64,000 bases of DNA from Thermoplasmatota archaeon (GTDB lineage: Archaea > Thermoplasmatota > Thermoplasmata > UBA10834), in NCBI GenBank assembly GCA_040751795.1, contig JBFMHR010000002.1:32001-96000 (forward strand), in the 5' to 3' direction. Each line of letters starts with the position of its first letter. Position 1 is the first letter of the stretch. Made by a program: the position numbers and the translations under genes. Positions 20,598 to 30,620 of the stretch are shown here, piece by piece. The notes beneath the pieces were generated by a model that searched no databases, was not told the DNA's origin, and saw nothing but the letters and a program-made list of their open reading frames with translations.

Positions 20598-21437
20598 TCA
20601 CCGCCCGCCGCCCCTCGCCTTAGCCCTCTCCCTCTCGATCATCCTCACCGCCTCCGCGGCCCCCTGGTCCAGGGTCACCGGGACGCCCACGGTCCCGTAC
20701 CCCATCGCACCGAGCCTCCTGAAGAGCCTGGACACCTGGGGCGGCTCGAGCCCGGCGGCGTCCAGGACGTCGTCCCTGGCCACGAGCTCGGACAGGGGCC
20801 CGTCGAACACCACAGAGCCGTTCAGGAGCACCACCCTGTCCGCGACCTCCCCCGCGGCCTCGAGGTCGTGCGTCGCTATGAGCATGGTCCTCCGCATCCC
20901 CTTCAGGATGCCTATCAGCCCGGAGCGCGAGCGAGGGTCGAGCCCTGCGGTCGGCTCGTCCAGCAGTAGGACGCCCGGCTCCATGGCCAGCACCCCCGCT
21001 ATCGCGACGCGCTTCTTCATGCCGTGGCTGAGCCTGTGCGGCCTCCTCTTGGCGAGGCCCTCCGCCGACACGCTCCTGAGGGCCCTGAGGACGCGGTCCC
21101 CGACCGAGTCCATGCCCAGGTTCACCGGCCCGAAGGCGACGTCCTCCTCGACCGTGGGCATGAAGATCTGGTCGTCGGGGTCCTGGAAGAGGAGCCCTAT
21201 GTGCCTCCTGACGCCGTCCGCGGTTCGCTCCTCCAGCGGGTCCCCCATCACCTTGACCGAGCCCTGGAACGGGAACCTGAAGCCGGCGACCAGGTGCAGG
21301 AGCGTGGACTTGCCGGCGCCGTTGGGGCCGACCACAGCGACCTTCTCCCCCTCATCGACGTCGAGGTCGACGGCCTTCAGCGCGGGCGTCCCGTCCTCGT
21401 AGGAGAACGACAGGCCCTTGACCTCGAGGGCCTTCAG
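20598..21437 (-). CDS. cbiO: ECF Ni/Co transporter ATPase (CbiO/NikO); start uncertain (CTG 21437 or ATG 21491)
   Basis: GPNGAGKST, FQDPDDQ, LSHGMKKR, LLDEP. Confidence 0.9.
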   Translation of the reverse strand: MKALEVKGLSFSYEDGTPALKAVDLDVDEGEKVAVVGPNGAGKSTLLHLVAGFRFPFQGSVKVMGDPLEERTADGVRRHIGLLFQDPDDQIFMPTVEEDVAFGPVNLGMDSVGDRVLRALRSVSAEGLAKRRPHRLSHGMKKRVAIAGVLAMEPGVLLLDEPTAGLDPRSRSGLIGILKGMRRTMLIATHDLEAAGEVADRVVLLNGSVVFDGPLSELVARDDVLDAAGLEPPQVSRLFRRLGAMGYGTVGVPVTLDQGAAEAVRMIERERAKARGGGR

Positions 21438-22189
21438 GCGACCGCCCCCAGCTGCAGTCCGACCAGCACCGTGGAAATGCACGCGAACCATGCCATGAAC
21501 GCGAGGTCGGCGGCCCTCAGGGGCGGGGCCCGCACGAGCCTCATGTCCGACCTGAACCCCCTCGCCCTCAGCGCCTCGTAGCCGTCCTCCGCCCTCGCGA
21601 CCGCCCTGACGAAGACCATCCCGGCGGTGTAGCTGATCACCCTCAGTCCCCTCGAGTCCAGGAGGCCCCTCCCGCCCCTGAAGCCCCTCGCCCTCCTGGC
21701 CGTCCTCATCCTCTCCAGCTCGTCGCCGAGGAGGAGTATGTAGCGGTAGGTGAGCATCAGCAGGGTGGAGACGAGCCTCGGCACCCTCAGCCTCCGGAGG
21801 CCGTGGAAGAGCTCGAAGGTCTCCGTGCCGCTCGCGAGCACGAGGAGGGCCACCACGCAGGAGCTGGTCCTGGCCCACATGTCGAGCCCCCGCTCGACGC
21901 CCGAGAAGAGGAAGACGGAGACGGAGGCGACGAGAATGAAAGGCAGGGCGCCGAGGTACATCGTGGCCAGGTGCCGGTACGGTACCTGGCTCATGGCCGC
22001 GAAGCACACCGAGATGAGGAGCGAGGCGATGACGAGTCCGGTGCTGGTGAGGAGGGCGGTCGCGACCACGAATGCGACGACGCCGACGATCTTGGCCCGT
22101 GCGTCCAACGCGCCCAGCCAGCTCGCCCGGGCGTGCTCGTCGAGCTCCTCAGGCCGGGTGTGGTGTCCGCGCACGTGAGCGACGATCAT
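21434..22189 (-). CDS. cbiQ: ECF transporter T component (CbiQ/NikQ)
   Basis: LDARAK, TYRYI, ARRARG and ALRARG Arg motifs. Confidence 0.9.
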   Translation of the reverse strand: MIVAHVRGHHTRPEELDEHARASWLGALDARAKIVGVVAFVVATALLTSTGLVIASLLISVCFAAMSQVPYRHLATMYLGALPFILVASVSVFLFSGVERGLDMWARTSSCVVALLVLASGTETFELFHGLRRLRVPRLVSTLLMLTYRYILLLGDELERMRTARRARGFRGGRGLLDSRGLRVISYTAGMVFVRAVARAEDGYEALRARGFRSDMRLVRAPPLRAADLAFMAWFACISTVLVGLQLGAVA

Positions 22190-22195
22190 CCGACA

Positions 22196-23188
22196 TCATT
22201 CTGCCTTCTCGCGAACGCCGAGAACCTTCATGAGCCCGAGCCCTGCCAGGGCCACGGCGACGAAGCCGAGGATCCCCGCGAAGAGGGCGGCGAAGTACGT
22301 CTCCCCGTATGAGAACGGCGATGTCAGGAGCGGATTCCCCTCCGCGACGGCCGCGTCATCCATCGTCTTCTCGAGCCCGTCGGCCCCCTCGCTGGAGTAG
22401 ACGAAGTACAGGGGGAGCGCCAGCGCGAAGGCGACGATGATGGCGGTGGTCGCATGGGCGACCCGGCTTGAGAGAATCCCTCTGAGGCCCGGAGCGGTTG
22501 CCGTCCCAGCGTCCCTGGCCTTGAACATCTCAGGCGAGACCATCAGGACGTACGCCGCGACGCCAACCGTGATGACCGCCTCCCCGACGCCTATGACCGC
22601 GTGGTAGGCCAGCATCGCTGGGATGGAGACGGTCGCGGCGATTCCGTACGCCCCTCCCGAGACCGCGTAGCTGACCGCCAGCTCGGCGGCGCAGGCGGCC
22701 GCCGCGACGAAGACGGATGCCCACGCGCCCGCCCCTATGGCGATGGCCTCGCCGGCCGTGAACGCCTTGCCAGCGGGCGCGCTGCCCCTGGAGAGGAGGG
22801 GTCTGAGCAACGAGTAGACGCCCCATCCGATCAGGGGCGCGATCACCGCCATGTTGACTGCGTTCAGGCCGAACGCGGTGAGGCCCCCGTCGCCGAACAT
22901 GAGGGCCTGGACCAGCAGGATCACCGTCATGCCGACTATGGCTACAACAGGTCCGACCATGATCGCCAGCAGGGCCCCTCCGATGAGGTGGCCCGTCGTG
23001 CCCCCGCCTACGGGGAAGTTGAGCATCTGAGCGACGAACACACCAGCGCACAGCACCGCTATCCTGGGGAGGTCCTTGTCCCTCACCCTCCTCCCGGACA
23101 GGTAGATGGCCACCGCTGCGACCACGGCGAACTCGGCCCATCCGAGCCCGGCGACCAGCGGGTCCATGAGCCCATCCGGAATGTGCAT
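22196..23188 (-). CDS. cbiM: ECF Ni/Co substrate component, NikM/CbiM fused to a PDGLE-type (NikN) domain
   Basis: MHIPDG N-terminus, GTTGH, DGGLTA, C-terminal ADGLEK. Confidence 0.9.
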   Translation of the reverse strand: MHIPDGLMDPLVAGLGWAEFAVVAAVAIYLSGRRVRDKDLPRIAVLCAGVFVAQMLNFPVGGGTTGHLIGGALLAIMVGPVVAIVGMTVILLVQALMFGDGGLTAFGLNAVNMAVIAPLIGWGVYSLLRPLLSRGSAPAGKAFTAGEAIAIGAGAWASVFVAAAACAAELAVSYAVSGGAYGIAATVSIPAMLAYHAVIGVGEAVITVGVAAYVLMVSPEMFKARDAGTATAPGLRGILSSRVAHATTAIIVAFALALPLYFVYSSEGADGLEKTMDDAAVAEGNPLLTSPFSYGETYFAALFAGILGFVAVALAGLGLMKVLGVREKAE

Positions 23189-23202
23189 CCTAGCCTCCTC
23201 GC

Positions 23203-23230
23203 GTAATACGATTGTGCGTTTTCGTAATAC
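23203..23230. promoter_or_regulatory. Putative NikR operator
   Basis: GTAATAC-N14-GTAATAC (28 bp, near-palindromic half sites) between divergent cbiM and nikR. Confidence 0.7.
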
Positions 23231-23316
23231 GACAACGCCGGCTCCGTATATATTCCCTGCGGAGGGCGCCTCCGGATGTCAGAAGGGTTATGTCGGTCCT
23301 CGCCCTTCCCACGGCC

Positions 23317-23727
23317 ATGGCGGGCAAGGCGCGCGTCTCCCTGAGCCTCCAGGAGGACCTGCTGAAGGAGTTCGACTCCGTGGCCGAGGGCCTCGGCCAC
23401 CCGACGAGGTCCAAGGCGGTGAGCGAGGCCATGAGGGAGTTCGTCTCCGCCAAGAGGTGGGACATGGCCAAGAAGGGCGTCGTCCCTGGGGTCATCCTCG
23501 TCACGTACGACCACCACGCCAGGGGGCTCAACAGGACCCTGACGGGCCTCCAGCACGACTACCACGACGTCGTCGGCGCGACCATGCACATCCACCTGAC
23601 GAAGCACACATGCCTCGAGGTGATCTCATTCGAGGGGGAGTCGGAGAGGGTCCGCTCCCTCGCGAGGACCCTGCAGTCGCAGAAGGGCGTGCTCGACCTC
23701 AAGGTGGTCACCGCCCCCTCGACGTGA
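23317..23727 (+). CDS. nikR: Nickel-responsive regulator NikR
   Basis: RVSLSL RHH domain, YDHH, HIHL...CLEV Ni ligands. Confidence 0.93.
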   Translation: MAGKARVSLSLQEDLLKEFDSVAEGLGHPTRSKAVSEAMREFVSAKRWDMAKKGVVPGVILVTYDHHARGLNRTLTGLQHDYHDVVGATMHIHLTKHTCLEVISFEGESERVRSLARTLQSQKGVLDLKVVTAPST

Positions 23728-23824
23728 GCGACGGGGCAGGTTCAATTGTAAAACAGCACATCGGAAAGAGACTTCTCGGAATTTGTGCATAAAGGGCGCG
23801 TCGTCCGGGCTCGCGTCAGCGCCC

Positions 23825-24418
23825 TCAGTGGCCGCCGATCAGTATCAGCGCGATGGCCGTCGCGAGCCCCGCGATCACGAACCGCAGCCCGGTGTAGACG
23901 ATCATCTCCTTGATGAGCGAGCCGAGGTAGGCCCCGAGCACGAAGAGGAACGCGAGGGTGATGGCCGTGCCGGTGACGACCGCCTCGTCGAGGGGCATCA
24001 GGAAGAACGGTATCAGGGGTACGAAGGCCGCGACGAGGGGCGCCACGCCGTGCGCGAGCGCGCTCACGAAGATGCTCACCCCCATGGCCTCCTTCCTGGT
24101 GCCCTCCACTGTGCAGAGCATCGCCTTCTCCAGGTTCTTGTGGCTCAGGAGGTGCTCGACCCTCTCCGCCTCGTAGGCGCCGACCGCGCTCGAGACCGCC
24201 AGGGCGACCGCGCCGGCGACGCCGGCGCCGATTATCAGCCGCTCCGCCAGCTCCGGGTGCAGGCTCGCCTCCGCGACGTACGCGCCGAGTATCACGCCAA
24301 GGATCGTGAGGGCGCCGTCGAAGGCGCCTATGACGAAGTACCTCCTGGCGATGGTGCCCGACTTGGTCAGCTCGAAGTGGAACTTCAGTCTCTTGAGGCT
24401 GTCCTTTATGCTGATCAT
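23825..24418 (-). CDS. VIT1/CCC1-like membrane transporter
   Basis: RRYFVIGAFDG, GAYEAERVE, PLIPFF. Confidence 0.75.
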   Translation of the reverse strand: MISIKDSLKRLKFHFELTKSGTIARRYFVIGAFDGALTILGVILGAYVAEASLHPELAERLIIGAGVAGAVALAVSSAVGAYEAERVEHLLSHKNLEKAMLCTVEGTRKEAMGVSIFVSALAHGVAPLVAAFVPLIPFFLMPLDEAVVTGTAITLAFLFVLGAYLGSLIKEMIVYTGLRFVIAGLATAIALILIGGH

Positions 24419-24425
24419 CTGTCGC

Positions 24426-27122
24426 TCACTCTTCACCGAGGGCCTTCCCAACGGCCTCGACCGCCGAGTCGAGGGCCTGCTCTATCCTGGCCGCGTCCGG
24501 CCCCCCGCCCTGCGCGAAGTCCGGCTTCCCCCCGCCGGAGCCGCCCACGAGCTTCATGGCCTGCGACACCGGCTCCCTGCAGTCCAGGTCGACGTCCTGG
24601 CTCCTCGCGACGACGAGCTTGGCGCCGCCCTGGTCCGAGCCGAGGACGGCCACCGTCTTGGGGTGCGCTATGAGCTGCTTCGCCAGGCTGACGAGGTGCT
24701 TCATGTCCTCCGACTGCATGTGCCTGACGACCCTGACGCCCTTGACCTGGGCCGCCTTATGGACGAGGTCCTCGACCGTCTCGCCGACGAGGCCCTTCTT
24801 GACCGAGTCGAGGTCCTTCCTCAGCTCCCTCCAGTCGGCCATGAGCTTGTCCACCGCGGGCACGAGGCCCTCCGGGGTCGTGTTTAGCTTGACGCTGACG
24901 TCGGTGACCGCGTCCCACACGGCCATCATGCGCTCCACCGCGGACATGCCCGAGGCGAACTCCAGCCTCACGACGCCGTCCTGGATGCGCTTGGTGGAGA
25001 GTATCTTGATCGCGCCGACCTCGAGGGTGTTCCTGCAGTGTATGCCTCCGCACGCCTCGACGTCGAAGTCGCCGATGCGGACGACCCTGATCTCCTTGCC
25101 GGGGACGGCGCCGCCCTGGTACAGCCTGAAGCCGTACCTCTTCTCCGCGACGTTCCGCTCCATGAAGGAGCCCTGGACCTTGATGCCCGCGAGGACCGTC
25201 TCGTTGGAGATCCGCTCTATCCTCTCGAGCTCGTCCTGGGTCAGGTCCGCGTAGTGGGTGATGTCCAGCCTCGCCAGGTCGGCCGCCTTGTGCGCGCCGG
25301 TCTGCCAGATGTGGTTGCCCAGCACCTTCCTCGCCGCGCCGTTGATGATGTGCGTGGCGGTGTGGTGCCTCTGCAGGCGCCTCCTCCGCGGCTCGTCTAT
25401 CGTGCTCGTGATGAGCTTCCCTGGCTTGGCCTGCATCTCGCCCTCGACCCTGTGGACGACCACGTTGCCCACCTTGTCGACGTGCACGACCTTCATGTCC
25501 TTCATGAAGCCGAGGTCGCTCTCCTGGCCGCCCCCCTCCGCGTAGAAGTACGACTTGTCGAGCACGACCAGGTCGCCCACGACGGCGAGGACCTTGGCCC
25601 TGAACTTGTACTTGTAGGGCTCCTTGTAGAAGAGCTGCTTGGTGGCCGGGAGCCCCTTGGGCAGCTCCGTCTTGGCCGCCTCCTCCTCGGCCTCCTTCGA
25701 CTTCGCGTGCCTCGCGGCGACCTGCTTGTAGAAGTCGTCAGGCACCTTGACGCTGGACGAGGCGAACTCCGCCACCACCTCGGGGTTCAGCCCGTGGGAG
25801 TCGTAGAGCTCGATGAGGTCCTCGTCGGAGATGGCCTTGCCCTGGTGCCTCAGGGAGTCCTCGAGCCTCTTGACCACCCCCTTCCCCTTGGTGAGCGTCT
25901 CGCCGTACTTGTCCTGTTCCACGTCCACGAGCTTGAGTATCTCGTCCCTGTTCTCCTTCAGGTCGGGGAAGTCCTTGGCGAACTGGTCGATCTGGAGGGC
26001 CACGACCTCGGAGAGCCTCCCCTGGAGGCCGAGCTGCGACATCTCCCTCAGGGACCTCCTGACCAGGAGCCTGGCGAAGTACCCCTGCCTGACGTTGGAG
26101 GGGACCACGCCGTCGCTGAGCATGAACATGAGCGCCCTGGTGTGGTCGCAGACGACGTACATGCTCTCGAACGGCCTGATGATGTCCATGAAGTCCTCCG
26201 CCTTCATGCCGAGGCGCGCGGCCGTGTCGGCCCTGAGCGCCCTGACGTCCGCGGCCGTCTCGATCTTGAGCGAGCCAGCGACCTTGGAGTACTCCGACAG
26301 GACGCGCTCGTCGGCCCTGACCCCGGCGGACTGCCTCAGCTTCTCCAGGACGGGCCCGAACACGGCCTCGTAGGCCGAGGGCGTGCCCTGCGACATCCAT
26401 GTGAGGCGCTCGAGCCCGTAGCCGGTGTCGACGACCTGCATGTCCAGCGGCCTGGTGCGGCCGTTCTCGGTCGCGTACGCCATGAACACCAGCGTTGCGA
26501 CCTCGACGCCGCCCAGGAGGACCTCGACGCACGGCCCGGCGTTGCCGCCGCCCTCCCACCACGCCTCGGAGTAGTTCACGAGCTTCGGGTCGAGGCCCTG
26601 GACCTCGGTGAGGAACTTGTGGCACAGCTCCGTCGTGCGGTCCTTCCAGTAGACCTCCTTCCCCTTCTTGTTGAAGACGTGGTGCGCCATCATCTCGAAC
26701 ATGGTGAAGTGGGAGCCCGTCTTGCCGACGTTGTCTATGTCGTTGAACCTGACGCACGTCTGGGAGATGCCGAGCGGGTTGGCGGGCGGCTCGACGACGC
26801 CCTGGATGACCCAGGGCTGGAAGCCGTAGATGCTGGCCTGGGTGAAGAAGACGTCGTCCCTCCACCTGGCGGTGATGGGGTACCGGGCGATCCTGGTGTG
26901 CCCCTCCCTCTCGAGGAAGGCCAGGAAGCTCTCGCGCATCTCGTTGACGCTGAGCTTCTCCTTGAAGAGCGGCCTCCCAATGAACGTGTACTCGACGCAG
27001 GGCGCCTCGCCGCACGTGTCTCCGTCCCCGAGGGTCCAGAAGAACTTGCCGCAGGTCCTGCACTGCTTCCGCTGGAAGCCGTTGCCCTTGAAGAACTCGA
27101 GCTCGTAATCCTTCGGGTCCAT
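24426..27122 (-). CDS. alaS: Alanine-tRNA ligase (archaeal type)
   Basis: ARWRDD, DTGYGLER, DHTR, HTATH, CGGIH editing motifs, GGGKPDFAQGGG. Confidence 0.97.
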   Translation of the reverse strand: MDPKDYELEFFKGNGFQRKQCRTCGKFFWTLGDGDTCGEAPCVEYTFIGRPLFKEKLSVNEMRESFLAFLEREGHTRIARYPITARWRDDVFFTQASIYGFQPWVIQGVVEPPANPLGISQTCVRFNDIDNVGKTGSHFTMFEMMAHHVFNKKGKEVYWKDRTTELCHKFLTEVQGLDPKLVNYSEAWWEGGGNAGPCVEVLLGGVEVATLVFMAYATENGRTRPLDMQVVDTGYGLERLTWMSQGTPSAYEAVFGPVLEKLRQSAGVRADERVLSEYSKVAGSLKIETAADVRALRADTAARLGMKAEDFMDIIRPFESMYVVCDHTRALMFMLSDGVVPSNVRQGYFARLLVRRSLREMSQLGLQGRLSEVVALQIDQFAKDFPDLKENRDEILKLVDVEQDKYGETLTKGKGVVKRLEDSLRHQGKAISDEDLIELYDSHGLNPEVVAEFASSSVKVPDDFYKQVAARHAKSKEAEEEAAKTELPKGLPATKQLFYKEPYKYKFRAKVLAVVGDLVVLDKSYFYAEGGGQESDLGFMKDMKVVHVDKVGNVVVHRVEGEMQAKPGKLITSTIDEPRRRRLQRHHTATHIINGAARKVLGNHIWQTGAHKAADLARLDITHYADLTQDELERIERISNETVLAGIKVQGSFMERNVAEKRYGFRLYQGGAVPGKEIRVVRIGDFDVEACGGIHCRNTLEVGAIKILSTKRIQDGVVRLEFASGMSAVERMMAVWDAVTDVSVKLNTTPEGLVPAVDKLMADWRELRKDLDSVKKGLVGETVEDLVHKAAQVKGVRVVRHMQSEDMKHLVSLAKQLIAHPKTVAVLGSDQGGAKLVVARSQDVDLDCREPVSQAMKLVGGSGGGKPDFAQGGGPDAARIEQALDSAVEAVGKALGEE

Positions 27123-27182
27123 CCGACTTCTCTGCATGAGTCCTCAGGATTTAACGCTTGTGCTGGGGGCGTGCCAGCATCG

Positions 27183-28397
27183 TCACGGGAAGGAGAAGCC
27201 GGGGTCGGAGAGCCTGTCCAAGTAGGCGCTGACGGGAGAGCCCTCCTTGATCGCCTTCGAGACCTTGTTGACGTCCTTCTTCGTCCCGAGCAGTATGGCA
27301 CCGATCATCTTCCCGTCCCTGACGACGAACTTCCTGTAGACGCTGCCGTCCGGGGCCAGCGCGCGGATCTCCTGGAACGTGCTCTCGGGCGGCTCGTGCT
27401 CGCTCCTCACCGTGCCTATGGAGGTGAGGTCGATGCCCATCACCTTCAGGGTGTTGGAGGGCACGGTCCCGCGGTAGTCCGGGGCCTCCTGGCCAAGGAT
27501 CTTCTTCGCGGCGACCCTGGCCTGGTCCAGCGCCGGCGGGATGATCCCCCAGGTCCTGCCGTCGAACTCCGCCACGTCCCCGACGGCGAATATATCCGGC
27601 TCGGTGGTCCTGAGGGAGGCGTCCACCACTACGCCCCTGTTGACCTTGAGCCCGGCGTCCTTGGCCAGCCCGAGATTGGGCCTGGCCCCCGCCGAGACGA
27701 CTACCATGTCCGCGTCGACGGCCCTGCCGTCCTTCAGCTGCAGGCCAGTGACGGAGGCCCCGCCCAGGACCTCTTCCGTCTCGGCCCTGGTCATGACCTT
27801 GATGCCGCCCGCCTCGACCCACCTCTGGAGTATCTCGGCGCCCTCGTGGTCCAGCTGCCTCATGAGCAGGTGCTCGGCGTACTCGAGGACCGTTATCCTC
27901 AGCCCCTTGAAGCCTGTCGCGAGGGCGCGCGCGGTCTCGAGCCCCAGCAGTCCCCCGCCGATGATGGCCACGTCCTCGGCCTTGGAGGCGGACGACATGA
28001 TCCTCTTCGCGTCGTCGAGGGTCCTCAGGGTGAACACGTCCTCCTTCGGGAGGCCCTTGAGGGGCGGGAGGAACGCGCTGGCCCCGTTGGCCAGCACCAG
28101 CCTGTCGTAGGCCACCTTCTGCCCCTTGACGGTGACGGCCCTGGCCCCCGGGTCGATGCGCTCGACCTTGGAGCCGAGGTGGAGGGCGATGCGGTTCTTC
28201 TGGTACCAGTCCAGCGGGAAGAAGGGCATCTCCCCCTCCTTGACGGAGCCAGAGATGAGGTCGATGAGCTTCGGCCTCGCGTAGTACGGCGCCGTCTCGT
28301 CCGTGTATATGGAGATGTCAACGCCCGCGTCCGCGTCCCTCAGAGCCTTCGCGACGTTCGTGCCAGCGACGTTGTTGCCGATGACCAGTACCTTCAT
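27183..28397 (-). CDS. FAD-dependent pyridine nucleotide oxidoreductase (NADH:rubredoxin reductase/NirB N-terminal-like)
   Basis: YDRLVLANG, GGGLLGLE, IFAVGDVAE. Confidence 0.85.
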   Translation of the reverse strand: MKVLVIGNNVAGTNVAKALRDADAGVDISIYTDETAPYYARPKLIDLISGSVKEGEMPFFPLDWYQKNRIALHLGSKVERIDPGARAVTVKGQKVAYDRLVLANGASAFLPPLKGLPKEDVFTLRTLDDAKRIMSSASKAEDVAIIGGGLLGLETARALATGFKGLRITVLEYAEHLLMRQLDHEGAEILQRWVEAGGIKVMTRAETEEVLGGASVTGLQLKDGRAVDADMVVVSAGARPNLGLAKDAGLKVNRGVVVDASLRTTEPDIFAVGDVAEFDGRTWGIIPPALDQARVAAKKILGQEAPDYRGTVPSNTLKVMGIDLTSIGTVRSEHEPPESTFQEIRALAPDGSVYRKFVVRDGKMIGAILLGTKKDVNKVSKAIKEGSPVSAYLDRLSDPGFSFP

Positions 28398-28547
28398 TCT
28401 CCCGCTCCCAGACCCTGCCTTCATCCCACGCCATGTTTCTGCGTCTGATTAAGGTTGCGGCGGAGGCGTTCGTGTGTGGGTGTGCCCGGAGGGGAGACCT
28501 CAGTTACCTTCATATCTGGTCCAGGCGATTATTCGCCCGGTGGATCG

Positions 28548-29186
28548 GTGGCGAGGTGCGCGTGGTGCGGAACAGACAACGCGCCCGACGGGAGCTTCTG
28601 CCTGAAGTGCGGGAAGCCCCTCCCGTGGGGGCTGGTCTCAGGCGCATGCGAGAAGTGCGGCGCGGACAACGCGCTCGGGATGACGAGGTGCGGTAGCTGC
28701 GGCGCGCCCCTCTCGGCGCCGCGGCAGGCCCCCCAGCCCCAGGCGGCTGCGCCCAGCGGCCCGGTGTGCAAGTGGTGCGGGAAGCAGGTCCCTCCCGGGA
28801 GCGACATGTGCTGGGAGTGCGCGGAAGGCCCCGGGGAGGACTACATCCCGGAGGTGGAGGGCGGGGGCCGCTCTGAGACGCTGAACGCCGCTGGCGCCAT
28901 GCTGATCATCGCGGGCGTCATCATGCTCATCCAGGGGGTCCTCTTCGTGGCCAACGTCCCCGTGCTCGGCCTGGGGGTGGGGTACCTGGTCTGCTGCGGC
29001 TTCCTCGAAGTGCTCTTCGGGGTCGGCGCCATCATGGCCGGCCTCTCTGCGACGAAGCGGGAGAACTTCGCCCTCGTGGTGGTCGGCTGCGTCCTGGCGA
29101 TTGTCGGCTTCGGCGCGGTCATCGGCACCCTGCTCGGGGTCATCGCCCTCCTGATCGTCCTTGCAGACAGGGGGGAGTTCGATTGA
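28548..29186 (+). CDS. Multi-zinc-ribbon membrane protein
   Basis: Six CxxC pairs followed by 3-4 TM helices; GTG start inferred. Confidence 0.75.
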   Translation: MARCAWCGTDNAPDGSFCLKCGKPLPWGLVSGACEKCGADNALGMTRCGSCGAPLSAPRQAPQPQAAAPSGPVCKWCGKQVPPGSDMCWECAEGPGEDYIPEVEGGGRSETLNAAGAMLIIAGVIMLIQGVLFVANVPVLGLGVGYLVCCGFLEVLFGVGAIMAGLSATKRENFALVVVGCVLAIVGFGAVIGTLLGVIALLIVLADRGEFD

Positions 29187-29563
29187 CCGCGTCGGAGGAC
29201 GCGCCCTGCGCGGACGCCCCGGGCCCCGAGGACCGGGGGAAGGTGCGCAGGGAGCTGCTGGCCGCGTCCGTGCTCCTGGCTGTGGCCGGCGTGCTCGCGA
29301 TCGTCCAGGGCGGATTCATATTCTACGTCGCAGCGGACCTCGGCAGCACCATCAACCCGCTCATAGGCCTCTGCTCGATGCTCGGCCTCCTGTTCGGGGC
29401 GATAGCGGTGATGGCTGGCTACGGCGTCCATGTCCGCTCGGGGTTCAGGTTCCTGGTGGTCTCGTGCGTCATCGCCGTGTTCGGCGTCGGCTTCTTCGCG
29501 GGGTCGGCCCTGGCCTTCGTCGCCCTGTACCTGGTCGGGAGGAACAGGGACGAGTTCCGCTGA
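29183..29563 (+). CDS. Small membrane protein, similar to the TM part of the upstream gene
   Basis: Hydrophobic helices ending in RDEFR (upstream gene ends RGEFD); TTGA overlap. Confidence 0.65.
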   Translation: MTASEDAPCADAPGPEDRGKVRRELLAASVLLAVAGVLAIVQGGFIFYVAADLGSTINPLIGLCSMLGLLFGAIAVMAGYGVHVRSGFRFLVVSCVIAVFGVGFFAGSALAFVALYLVGRNRDEFR

Positions 29564-29620
29564 GGCGGAGCTCGCGCTGACCGGTAAGGGAAATTAGAAA
29601 GGAAGGAACGCAGCAGTTCG

Positions 29621-29650
29621 CATGTGCAGCACGTATAACGGCTGAGCCGA
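29621..29650 (-). other. 3' arm of the pre-23S processing stem with bulge-helix-bulge
   Basis: Pairs with 33299-33328: 13 bp + 10 bp helices around GACG/CGUU with 3-nt bulges. Confidence 0.85.
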
Positions 29651-30620
29651 TATTGCCAGGCCAACATGTTGTTTAGCGGCTACAACTTTTAGTAGCTGCG
29701 GGCTGAATGCCTCGGCGAACCTTGGCACTTACACCCCAGCTCTATCAACGCCATCATGTAATGGCGGTTGTGAGGTGCCTCGTTTTCGGGGCGGCTTCAA
29801 GCTTAGATGCTTTCAGCTTTTATCCGCTATCGCGTGGCTGCTCAGCATTGCCCTGCCGGACAACTGATAGACTAGAGGCGACGAATCCTCGTTCCTCTCG
29901 TACTAAAGGATCCTTCCCGTCAGGCACCAAGACGCTTCCAGCAAAAAGCAACAAACCTGTCTCACGACGGTCTGAACCCAGTTCACGATCCCTTTTAATG
30001 GGCGAACAACCCCACCCTTGGCAGCTGCTGCACCACCAGGATAGGAAGAACCGACGGCGAAGTAGCAAGCCTCCAGGTCGATATGGACTCTTGCTGGAGA
30101 CGACTCAGTTATCCCCGGGGTAACTTCTCTGTAATCACTGACCCCCACTTGTGAGGTACAGTGGTTCGCTAGGCCCTGATTTCTCATCGTGGTTCGTTGT
30201 TGGGCCGAACCACGTCAAGCCGGCTTTTGCCCTTGCACTCTTCGGTAGATTTCTGACCTACCTGAGCCGACCTTAGGGCGCCCTTGTTACCTTTTTGAGG
30301 GCGTGGCGCCCCACCCAAACTGCCTACCTACCGGTGTCCATCCGAAGATGTAAGTGGTACGAGTTCAAAAGGGCGGTGTTTCATCGTCGACTCGGAACTG
30401 ACCTAGCGGCCAGCCCTGGTAACGTCTCCCGCCTACGCTACACATTCGAGCTCATATCACAACGACAGGTTGCAGTAAAGCTCCACGGGGTCTTCGCTTT
30501 CAGCTGGAAGTTGACGGACTGTGCGCCGTCATGTAGGTTTCACCGGCCTCGACGCGGGGACAGTAGAGCTCTCGTTGGGCCTTCATGCAAGTCGCCAATT
30601 AAGCGACAAGGTATTACGCT

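Noticed and set aside
20598-22007. CbiQ-CbiO fusion of 469 aa
   Set aside because: The N-terminal part is an off-frame read of cbiQ; the ATPase begins near 21437
25038-28448. 1136 aa plus-strand ORF
   Set aside because: Antisense shadow of alaS and the oxidoreductase
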